From Gemmatimonadota bacterium (lineage in GTDB: Bacteria > Gemmatimonadota > Gemmatimonadetes > Gemmatimonadales > GWC2-71-9), in assembly GCA_039586365.1 (NCBI GenBank), contig JBDHKN010000017.1, forward strand, positions 11,623 through 75,622: 64,000 nucleotides of DNA. The letters run 5' to 3'. The translations under genes and the position numbers were made by a program. Of the stretch, positions 47,375 to 55,009 are shown piece after piece; the first letter of the stretch is position 1, and every line of letters begins with the position of its first letter. A model generated the notes under the pieces. The model saw only the letters and a list, made by a program, of their open reading frames with translations. It was not told the origin of the DNA and did no database searches.

Positions 47375-47685
47375 TTGGGAGCATCGGATTCTGGAGTTGC
47401 AGTGAAGGTGGTCGAAACCGAGCCGTGCAGAGTGGATCAGGGGCTGCGAGCAGGCCTTCTGCGTCCGAGCGGAGTATCTACCAGAGCGACCGCAAGGAGT
47501 TGAGCTGTCGCGGTGTTGCAGGCGGGACGATCCTGGGGGCCAGACCCCGGCGGGAAGGCAGCAAACGGCCCAAGCGGAGGCAGGGCAAGGTGAAACCGGC
47601 AGCCGTTCCGCGGGAGCAGCCAGCTCCACCTGCGCCACAGCGCCATCCGCTCAAATCGCCGACCCCTAACCGGCGGGGCCAGTGA

Positions 47686-47736
47686 CACGGCTGCGGGCCG
47701 ATCCATGCGTGGGGAGATCGGGCACGCCGAGCCGTG
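47686..47736 (+). promoter_or_regulatory. long interrupted stem-loop ending 7 nt before the downstream start codon
   Basis: Three segments pair by hand: CACGGCT/AGCCGTG (7 bp), GCG/CGC (3 bp) and CCGATC/GATCGG (6 bp). The apical loop is CATGCGTGGGGA. Confidence 0.3.
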
Positions 47737-47743
47737 GTGATGC

Positions 47744-48229
47744 ATGCGGCTCGGACTGATCTCAGATACCCATGGCAGGCTACGACCGGAGGTGTTCGCC
47801 GTGTTCGCTGGGGTCGACCGCGTTCTCCATTGCGGAGATATCGGGTCCATCGGTCTCCTCCATGAGCTGGAGACCCTCGCTCCTGTCACAGCCGTCTACG
47901 GCAATACAGATGGCTTCGAGTTGCGGGCCAGCCTTCCCCAGGTGGTCGAGCTCGAGCTTGACGGGTTGATGACGGTGGTCACACATGGAGATCAGTTTGG
48001 GTCGCCTACGCCGCTCCGTCTCAGACAGGCGTTCCCGCACGCCGAGATCATCGGATTTGGCCACACCCATAGACCGGTGCTCGAATTGGTGGACCACACA
48101 GTCACAATCGTCAATCCTGGATCGGCGGGAGCTGCTCGTTTTGGATTGGGACCTTCAGTCGCGGTAATGGAACTCGAGCCTGGGCTCCCGCCGAGAGCTC
48201 GGTTGGTTCAGCTACGCTCCCAACGTTAG
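47744..48229 (+). CDS. YfcE/MJ0936-type metallophosphoesterase
   Basis: LISDTHG, HCGDIG, GNTDG, THGDQ and GHTH in order. 161 aa. Confidence 0.85.
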   Translation: MRLGLISDTHGRLRPEVFAVFAGVDRVLHCGDIGSIGLLHELETLAPVTAVYGNTDGFELRASLPQVVELELDGLMTVVTHGDQFGSPTPLRLRQAFPHAEIIGFGHTHRPVLELVDHTVTIVNPGSAGAARFGLGPSVAVMELEPGLPPRARLVQLRSQR

Positions 48230-49192
48230 CATGAGGTATGTGATATAGGTGGCGAAGCCGACCAACAGGATCAGCCCGTCCCATCTTCCCACTCGGCGAC
48301 CCATCCACATCAGGGGGAACATCGCCGCGCAGAACGCCACCATCACCCAGTTATCCAAAGTGGCTGCCTGAGCGAGGATCGGCACGGGGTATACCAACGC
48401 CGTCGCCCCAAGAACGCCCAGTAAATTGAACAAGTTGGAGCCGATGATGTTTGCGAGAGCGATCTCAGGCTCTTTTCGCTTGGCGGCTACGAGGCTGGTC
48501 GCCAGTTCTGGTAGGCTGGTGCCCATGGCCACTACGGTCAGGCCGATTATGCGTTCGTTTACTCTCCAGATCTCAGCTAGACTGACCGCGCCGCGCACGA
48601 CCTGGTCGGCGCCGAGTACGAGGGCAACTACACCTACGGTGATGAGCAGGGCGTTGCGGCTCCAAGCCCGTCCAGCACCGGCCTTCAGGTGAGCAGCGCG
48701 CTGCACGTCGCGTTCTATGGCGCTGGCTTCGTCTGGGACCACTTCTCTCCGGGCCAGCCACACTATGTACGCCGTGAACAGCGAAAGCACAGCGATTAAG
48801 AAGACGCCCTCCAACCGGTCAATCCATCTGTCGCGGCACAGCAGCAATACCAGGCCGGCGACCGTGAGCATGAACGGGTACTCGATTTGAATGGTCTGGC
48901 GCCTAACCGCGATGGGAGCCACAAGTGCCGCCACTCCCAGAATCATACCGATATTGAAGATGGTTGAACCGATGATGTTGCCGTACGCGAGCCCGGTTAC
49001 ACCTCTCGCTGCAGCACCCACGCTGACGGCCAGCTCCGGCAGACTGGTGCCCATAGCCACTACAGTCAGGCCCACGACCGTGGTAGACAATCGTGCCAGC
49101 AGCGCGAGCCTGGTCGCGCCGCGAACGAGGTAGTCTCCACCGAGGAAAAGGACCACCAGTCCCACAATCAGTTGGCCGATGCCGATCACCAT
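48212..49192 (-). CDS. CaCA-family sodium/calcium exchanger (YrbG-like)
   Basis: Two alpha-repeats, GTSLPELAVS and GTSLPELATS, in a 10-helix protein. ATG 49192 avoids overlap with the upstream gene. Confidence 0.88.
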   Translation of the reverse strand: MVIGIGQLIVGLVVLFLGGDYLVRGATRLALLARLSTTVVGLTVVAMGTSLPELAVSVGAAARGVTGLAYGNIIGSTIFNIGMILGVAALVAPIAVRRQTIQIEYPFMLTVAGLVLLLCRDRWIDRLEGVFLIAVLSLFTAYIVWLARREVVPDEASAIERDVQRAAHLKAGAGRAWSRNALLITVGVVALVLGADQVVRGAVSLAEIWRVNERIIGLTVVAMGTSLPELATSLVAAKRKEPEIALANIIGSNLFNLLGVLGATALVYPVPILAQAATLDNWVMVAFCAAMFPLMWMGRRVGRWDGLILLVGFATYITYLMLTLGA

Positions 49193-49202
49193 GAGGTTCG
49201 CC

Positions 49203-50327
49203 TCATAACCTCTCGTCATCAATCGGGGAGGGAGTCTCCTCACTCAACCATTCGTCGAACGATACCGTACGGGTCAACGCGCCAGGTCGCCGGCGGAACC
49301 ATTGAAGCAACAGCAGCATCTCGTCAATTGCACCCTGGGGCAAGGATGATCCTGACACTGGTTTCCACTCGGCATGTTCCGCAACCAGGGCGCGGAACGC
49401 CTCTCGCTCGATCGGCGTTCGTGGAACCGGTGCAGCCGCGCGCACTGCCGCGTGGTTGATGACATACGCGCGATCGTCGCCGTAGGTACCCGGGTCGAGG
49501 TACACGAAACTCAGCGACGCGACCGCTGCTCGTGACCGTGCCGAGGCGCTGAGCAGCCATTCGAGGTGGTCGAATTTGTTGCGCCACCACGCCGCCAACT
49601 CGAAATCACTCCTGTCGCTCGCGGCAGTCATCTCAGTGACCACGCGGTCGAGGGGTGCAATGGCGTTGGCCTCGAGGAAATCGATCGCGGTCTGGAGTCG
49701 CTCCTGGTATTCGGACTCGCTCACCAGAGCGGCACAGGGTCCGGTGCACTGCCCCAGGTCGTACCTGAGGCAACCTGCTCTTCGCGTCGGTCCGAACAGG
49801 TCTTTTTGCTCGGGAAAACTGATCGGCATTCTCAAGGAGCAGTCGCGCAGACCCATGAGGTCGTTCAGCACACGGATCGCTTCCCGCAGGCGCGTCAGTC
49901 CGCTATAGGGACCGTAGTGGATGGTGCCATCAGAGCCCGGCGAGGTCCCAACGTAGATCTTGGGAGCCGGTCCCTGCGAGATCTTGATGAAGCCGGCGCG
50001 CCGATTGCGATTCATTCGGACGTTGAACACTGGTCTGTAGCGCAAGATTTGCCGCAACTCCCCCAACAATGCGGCGAACTCCGAAGGCATATCGTCCCAC
50101 TCGATATCGGTGGTGGAGTTGAGGATGCGAGCGCCTTTGTCTTCGGGGTAACGGGCGCGGAAATAGGAAAGCAGCCGGTTCCGCAGCCGTTTTGCCTTAC
50201 CCACGTACACTACTCGGCCGGCGGCATCGAGCATGCGGTAGACAGCAGGCCGGTTCTCCGCTAAAGCTAGGACACGGCGTCGCAACCTACGTTGGTCGGT
50301 TAACGGTAGTTCCAAGGTCGCCGTCAT
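49203..50327 (-). CDS. UvrC N-terminal-half homolog (GIY-YIG nuclease + Cys-rich region + UVR domain; Cho-like)
   Basis: VYRMLDAAGRVVYVGKAKRLRNRLLSYF (GIY-YIG), RAGCLRYDLGQCTGPCAALVSESEY, and the UVR-like MTAASDRSDFELAAWWRNKFDHLEWL. No RNase-H-like or HhH2 C-terminal half within its 374 aa. Confidence 0.65.
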   Translation of the reverse strand: MTATLELPLTDQRRLRRRVLALAENRPAVYRMLDAAGRVVYVGKAKRLRNRLLSYFRARYPEDKGARILNSTTDIEWDDMPSEFAALLGELRQILRYRPVFNVRMNRNRRAGFIKISQGPAPKIYVGTSPGSDGTIHYGPYSGLTRLREAIRVLNDLMGLRDCSLRMPISFPEQKDLFGPTRRAGCLRYDLGQCTGPCAALVSESEYQERLQTAIDFLEANAIAPLDRVVTEMTAASDRSDFELAAWWRNKFDHLEWLLSASARSRAAVASLSFVYLDPGTYGDDRAYVINHAAVRAAAPVPRTPIEREAFRALVAEHAEWKPVSGSSLPQGAIDEMLLLLQWFRRRPGALTRTVSFDEWLSEETPSPIDDERL

Positions 50328-50357
50328 CGATGTTCCCCGGGCGCGTGCGGTCTCATC

Positions 50358-51194
50358 TCAAGACGGAGTACCCTGGCACCTCCAGCAGAAGTAGGTCGCC
50401 CGGCCGTCGATGGCATGTGTCGTTGCCAGGTGCGTCCCACATTCAGTACATGGTCTACCCGCGCGCCCATAGACCAGCAGAGATTCCTGAAAGGAGCCGC
50501 GCTGTCCGGTACCGGTTCTGTAGTCTCGAAAAGTCGTTCCTTGAGCCGCAATGGCCTCCCCTAATACTGCACGCAGTTCCCGATAGAGGCGCTCGAGACT
50601 ATGACGGTCGAGCTTGTCGGTCCTGCGTGACGGATCAATAGCAGCCCTGAACAGCGCCTCGTTCGCGTATATGTTGCCAACGCCGGCGATACGTGCTTGG
50701 TCCATCAGGGTTTTCTTGATTGCCTGACGAGTGCCACGCAGCCGTGCCGCGAACTTGGCAATGTCGAACGCGTCGTCCAGGGGCTCAGGGCCGATGCGAG
50801 CAGTATAGGATAGCCACGCCTTCTCCTGCAACAAGTGGATGGTTCCGAGCCGCCGGACGTCCCGATACACAAACGTCTCCCGCCGACCGACCTTCATCTC
50901 CAGTACGGCGTAGCGCTGCTCTGCTGTCCGGAGACTCCGAGGATAGACGATAAGCGTGCCCGTCATCCGGGGCTGAATAATCAGTCGTAGGCCGTTGCGG
51001 AGCAGAAGCACTGCGTGTTTGGCGCGGCGGGACACGCGTTCCACCCGCTGGCCGTCGAGGGAGCTGATGAAGCGGCGTCGACTGATCCCTCGGAGCACGT
51101 CTGTCTTGTGCAGTTGAGGGTTTCGTAGGGTTCTTCCAGTCAGGTGTGGGGCGATATCGCGGACAATCGTCTCGACTTCAGGCAGCTCCGGCAC
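50358..51194 (-). CDS. mutM: formamidopyrimidine-DNA glycosylase
   Basis: GTG 51194 gives (M)PELPEVETI, with the catalytic N-terminal Pro required by the family. C-terminal zinc finger CTECGTHL...FCWRCQ. Confidence 0.9.
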   Translation of the reverse strand: MPELPEVETIVRDIAPHLTGRTLRNPQLHKTDVLRGISRRRFISSLDGQRVERVSRRAKHAVLLLRNGLRLIIQPRMTGTLIVYPRSLRTAEQRYAVLEMKVGRRETFVYRDVRRLGTIHLLQEKAWLSYTARIGPEPLDDAFDIAKFAARLRGTRQAIKKTLMDQARIAGVGNIYANEALFRAAIDPSRRTDKLDRHSLERLYRELRAVLGEAIAAQGTTFRDYRTGTGQRGSFQESLLVYGRAGRPCTECGTHLATTHAIDGRATYFCWRCQGTPS

Positions 51195-52455
51195 GAGCAA
51201 CCTCACGCCATGCGATGTCTCGTCGGTACACCTTTCCCTCGAAGTTGACGGCCTCGGCGAGTTCGCGACTTCGCTCGGCGGCCTCGGACACGTCTGCTCC
51301 CAGACCGGTGGCGCACAATACTCGGCCGCCGGCTGTTAGCAGATTCCCGGACCGGTCAAGGCACGTGCCGGCGTGGAACAGGAGAGTCTCTTGGTGTAGC
51401 TCGACAGGAATCGAGATCACCTTGCCCTTAGCCGGAGCATCGGGGTAGCCCGCTGAAGCCAAGACAGTTGTCACGGCCGCCTTGTCCGGTGCCCAGCTGT
51501 CCTGCGTCGGGCGCCAAGGCTCTCCTGACGCGATTTGCCACATGTGCTCCAGGAGACCGCCGTCGGCTATTGGGAGCACCGCCTGGGCTTCAGGATCACC
51601 AAAGCGACAGTTGAACTCCAGGACTTTCGGGTCTCCGGCCGCGGTGATCATGATCCCGGCATACAGTACGCCGTGGTATGGTGCTCCCAGATCTGCCAAG
51701 TGCCGCAGCACGGGTCGGATGACTTCCGCAGACACCCGCGCAAGCAACTCAGGAGTCGCCGGCGACACTGGTGTGTATGCTCCCATCCCGCCTGTGTTGG
51801 GGCCGCTGTCTCCTTCACCCAGACGCTTGTGGTCCTGGGATGACGGCAGGAGCATGATTTGCTCCCCATCAGTGAGCGCGAGCACCGAGAGCTCTTCACC
51901 CTCGAGACATTCCTCAACCAGGACGCGCTCACCAGCACTGCCAAATCTGCCCGCGAACATCTGACGGGCGGCTGTCTCGGCCGCTGCACGAGATTGGCAC
52001 ACGATAGCGCCTTTGCCAGCCGCCAGACCGGAAGCTTTGACCACTAGAGGCTCAGGGTGAGATTGGATGAAGCTGACCGCTTGCTGCTCATCCGTGAAGA
52101 TGGTGGCTTGAGCCGTGGGAACCTCGGACTGCAGCATGATCTCTTTGGCGAAAGCCTTCGAGGCTTCGATTCTGGCTGCGTTCGCTTTGGGTCCGAACGC
52201 GGCGTAGCCGGCCTGGTCCAGACTGTCAACCAGTCCTGTGGCGAGTGGAGCCTCGGGCCCGATGACGGTGAGATCGATCTTGTGTTCACCCACTGCCGAC
52301 ACGATGGATGCGTGGTCGGCAGGGTCGAGCGGCAGATTCGTGCCGAGTTGGGCGGTACCCGGATTCCCCGGGGCGCAGAAGATGCGAGCGGATCGAGAGA
52401 GGGTCCAGCACAGAGCGTGCTCGCGACCCCCGCTCCCGATCACTAACACATTCAC
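51178..52455 (-). CDS. purD: phosphoribosylamine--glycine ligase
   Basis: MNVLVIGSGGREHAL..., an ATP-grasp core, and NCRFGDPEAQ. The GTG start overlaps the upstream stop (GTGA). Confidence 0.95.
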   Translation of the reverse strand: MNVLVIGSGGREHALCWTLSRSARIFCAPGNPGTAQLGTNLPLDPADHASIVSAVGEHKIDLTVIGPEAPLATGLVDSLDQAGYAAFGPKANAARIEASKAFAKEIMLQSEVPTAQATIFTDEQQAVSFIQSHPEPLVVKASGLAAGKGAIVCQSRAAAETAARQMFAGRFGSAGERVLVEECLEGEELSVLALTDGEQIMLLPSSQDHKRLGEGDSGPNTGGMGAYTPVSPATPELLARVSAEVIRPVLRHLADLGAPYHGVLYAGIMITAAGDPKVLEFNCRFGDPEAQAVLPIADGGLLEHMWQIASGEPWRPTQDSWAPDKAAVTTVLASAGYPDAPAKGKVISIPVELHQETLLFHAGTCLDRSGNLLTAGGRVLCATGLGADVSEAAERSRELAEAVNFEGKVYRRDIAWREVARAGAA

Positions 52456-53459
52456 TTGTCCTTACCTTCCTTGAACGCGTCGGTAAACGCCTGAGCTGCC
52501 CGCTTCACGGCATCGGTTACGTCACCCACTGTGTCTCTCGCACTCCTTGCATAGTGCGCTGCGGCCTCACCGATGTCTTCCGTGACAGATCGCCTTTCCT
52601 CCTCCTCGCCCCGGTGTGTGTACTGGCCCTGCACGATCGTATCGTAGGCGCCATCGGTGATCCAGCTCTGTAGCTCCGCAGCCCGTAAGGTGTGGAACGG
52701 GTGAGTCAGGCTCAGCGTGTTGAGCACCTTGTACACCCTATCCATCGGCCCACCCATGGTCTCGTACGCCCGGGCCTGCTCCATGAAGGCATCGAGATCG
52801 GTTTCCGCGGCACTGCCCCCGCCAGCAAGCTTGAGAAACACGCGCATGGAAGCGACAGGATCCTGCGTAGCTAGCAGGCCCGCCCGATCTGACGAAAGCT
52901 CTGCCTTACGTGACCACTCGAGCAAAGCCAACTGAATTGGCAGCAGAGCCAGACCGGCCAAGAACGGGAGATTGTTGAACCCAAACATCAACAAGATCAG
53001 CAGAACGGTACGGTAGAGCGAGTGTCCGCTCATCACATGTCCCAGCTCGTGCCCCAGGATTACGCGCAACTCGTCTTCATCCAACAACTGCAATGTCCCA
53101 GAGTTGAGTGTGATGAACGGATGGTCCATGCCCACCGCACCCGCGTTGACGAGCGGCGTTTGGGTTACGTATAGCTCGGGTTGTTCGGGCCAATCCATGG
53201 TGACTGTCACTTCGGTCAAGAGGCCGTGCAGCTGGGGGAATTGTCTGGGTCCGACCCGCACTGCGTTGGCCTGGAATAGCAGCCGAATGCCGCGCTCTCC
53301 AAAGAAGCCGAAGATCCGTTTCACGACTTCGTCAAATCCCGGTATGGCTCTGAGAGTCTGAAGGGCGGCCCTGTCGGCTGGATGCTCCCATGCGGTTGCG
53401 GAGATGTCCTTCAGAATCACCCGTGACCGCTCCGATGGAAGACCTCTGTCCTCGCTCAT
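52452..53459 (-). CDS. M48-family zinc metallopeptidase
   Basis: ILGHELGHVMSGH (HExxH) followed by hydrophobic helices and ...ELSSDRAG. Confidence 0.85.
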   Translation of the reverse strand: MSEDRGLPSERSRVILKDISATAWEHPADRAALQTLRAIPGFDEVVKRIFGFFGERGIRLLFQANAVRVGPRQFPQLHGLLTEVTVTMDWPEQPELYVTQTPLVNAGAVGMDHPFITLNSGTLQLLDEDELRVILGHELGHVMSGHSLYRTVLLILLMFGFNNLPFLAGLALLPIQLALLEWSRKAELSSDRAGLLATQDPVASMRVFLKLAGGGSAAETDLDAFMEQARAYETMGGPMDRVYKVLNTLSLTHPFHTLRAAELQSWITDGAYDTIVQGQYTHRGEEEERRSVTEDIGEAAAHYARSARDTVGDVTDAVKRAAQAFTDAFKEGKDK

Positions 53460-53535
53460 ACCTGCCTCCGCGTTGGCTTCAAATTGAGTCTGCTCTAATT
53501 CCGTACGCCCTTGCGCCCTGCGGGTTTCAGGCTCG

Positions 53536-54708
53536 TTAGGAGGTCGCTCTCAGGGCTCGGTCGAGATCTTCTATTAGGTCTGCGGTGTCCTCAATACCGA
53601 CTGACAGCCTGATCAGTCCGTCGCTGAGCCCCATCTCCTCGCGCATTGTCTGGGGCACCGATGCGTGGGTCATCGATGCCGGATGACCAATCAGACTCTC
53701 CACACCACCCAATGACTCGGCGAGGGCGAAGATCTCAGTGTTCTCCACTACCGTCCTAGCTCGTTCCAACGATCCGAGCTCGACAGAGATCATCCCACCA
53801 AACCCGGTCATCTGTCGGCGTGCGAGTTCATATTGGGGGTGGCTGGGTAAGCCCGGGTAGAACACGCGCTGAACCGCTGCGTGTTCCTCCAGCCACTTGG
53901 CTATCGCAAGCCCCGACTTGTCGTGTTGCTGCATGCGTAGGGGAAGTGTCTTCACGCCTCGGAGCACCAACCAGCAATCCAGTGGGCCGGGCACCGCGCC
54001 AGACGCATTCTGGATGAATTCGAAACGGCGTGACAAGTCTTCCCGCTTAGTGAGCACAGCCCCTCCCACCATGTCGCTGTGACCGTTCAGATACTTGGTA
54101 GTTGAGTGAATCACTACTTCCGCGCCCAGCTCGAGCGGGCGTTGGAAGTATGGTGTGGCAAATGTGTTGTCCACCGCAACCACCAGGCCCCGGTCGCGTG
54201 CCAAGTCAGCGACAGCGGTCAGGTCGGTGATGTGCATCATCGGGTTGGTGGGTGTCTCTACGTAGATCATCCTGGTGCTGTGAGTGATGGCAGTCTCTAT
54301 CTGAGCTATGTCGCGCGTATCAACGAAGGTGAACTGCAAGCCCAGCCCCTGGAACACCTGTGTCATCATTCGGTGTGTGCCGCCGTACACGTTGGCGCCA
54401 CAGATGACGTGCTCGCCGGCCTGCAACAGCTTCAACACAGCGTCGGTCGCGGCCAATCCAGATGCGAATGCGTGTCCGAAAGTGGCTCCTTCCAATGCGG
54501 CGAGATTGCGCTCCAGGGCATCACGCGTCGGGTTGCGAGTTCGGGCATACTCAAAGCCCTTATGCTTCCCCAAGCCATCTTGCACGTAAGTCGATGTCTG
54601 ATAGACCGGCGTCATGATCGCACCGGTGGATTCATCCGGCCGCTGGCCTGCATGGATTGCACGGGTGGCGAACCCGGCATCAAGGTGTTCTTCAAAGACG
54701 CGTGTCAT
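53536..54708 (-). CDS. Cys/Met-metabolism PLP-dependent enzyme (cystathionine gamma-synthase/lyase, beta-lyase group)
   Basis: TRAIHAG, TPVYQTSTY, and STTKYLNGHSD (PLP lysine). Specific activity cannot be assigned from sequence alone. Confidence 0.88.
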   Translation of the reverse strand: MTRVFEEHLDAGFATRAIHAGQRPDESTGAIMTPVYQTSTYVQDGLGKHKGFEYARTRNPTRDALERNLAALEGATFGHAFASGLAATDAVLKLLQAGEHVICGANVYGGTHRMMTQVFQGLGLQFTFVDTRDIAQIETAITHSTRMIYVETPTNPMMHITDLTAVADLARDRGLVVAVDNTFATPYFQRPLELGAEVVIHSTTKYLNGHSDMVGGAVLTKREDLSRRFEFIQNASGAVPGPLDCWLVLRGVKTLPLRMQQHDKSGLAIAKWLEEHAAVQRVFYPGLPSHPQYELARRQMTGFGGMISVELGSLERARTVVENTEIFALAESLGGVESLIGHPASMTHASVPQTMREEMGLSDGLIRLSVGIEDTADLIEDLDRALRATS

Positions 54709-54813
54709 GGCGCTCCGGAAGGCCGTGTTTTGTGCGGGAACGTAACGCACTCATCACTTCTACGGCAAGCGATCGTCTTGCAGTCCGGTTCCTGGCCGAA
54801 TAGGTTGGTCGCC

Positions 54814-54936
54814 ATGAACGGTGTGTCCACAAGATGCCTCATTGTGGATGATGAGCCGGAGCTCAGAGATGTCGTCCGTAGGACGCTGGGGGCAGCTGGC
54901 TATGATTGCTGCATCGCCCAGCTTAGCAGCTGGTGA
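54814..54936 (+). pseudogene. stranded N-terminal fragment of a response-regulator receiver domain
   Basis: The 41-codon ORF MNGVSTRCLIVDDEPELRDVVRRTLGAAGYDC... matches beta1-alpha1-beta2 of CheY-like receivers (acidic DD pair), then stops. No continuation was seen in the one shifted + frame I read. Confidence 0.4.
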
Positions 54937-55009
54937 AGTCACAGTTTCGTCTGTCTGAGTGGCTGCGACACTTCAAGCTCGTGCACCAACAAACAGCGTA
55001 TAACCATCC

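Noticed and set aside
47244-47630. tmRNA-like pieces. GGGAGCAUCGGAUUCUGG (47376) resembles a tmRNA 5' end. UGCUCCC-A upstream (47244) is its perfect complement, which hints at a permuted gene. A GGGGCUG (47440) / CAGCUCCACC (47621) pair also occurs.
   Set aside because: There is no T-arm (GGUUCGAnUCC-type loop). The first pairing lacks the obligatory G3-U70 wobble. No tag reading frame was identified. 7-nt complements are expected by chance at this scale.
47371-47685. A 104-aa Arg/Pro/Ser-rich ORF (and antisense ORFs 47348-47638 and 47437-47889) in the ubiE-yfcE gap.
   Set aside because: The composition is low-complexity and highly basic, with no motif. I treat the region as non-coding (see finding).
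47520-47700. Collinear short resemblances to bacterial RNase P RNA motifs as I remember them from E. coli M1 RNA: CCUGGGGG, AGCAAAC, GGCCC..AAGCGG, CAGG.AAGG.UGAAA, CUCCACC and CAAAU.G.
   Set aside because: The universally conserved P4 strands (GAGGAAAGUCC and ACAGAA..CGGCUUA) are absent on both strands and the segment is too short. The resemblance is probably chance in GC-rich sequence. A cmscan would settle it.
54106-54813. A 276-aa plus-strand ORF overlapping the Cys/Met PLP enzyme gene.
   Set aside because: Only its last about 40 codons (the receiver-like stub, reported separately) look protein-like. The rest is antisense to a well-supported gene.
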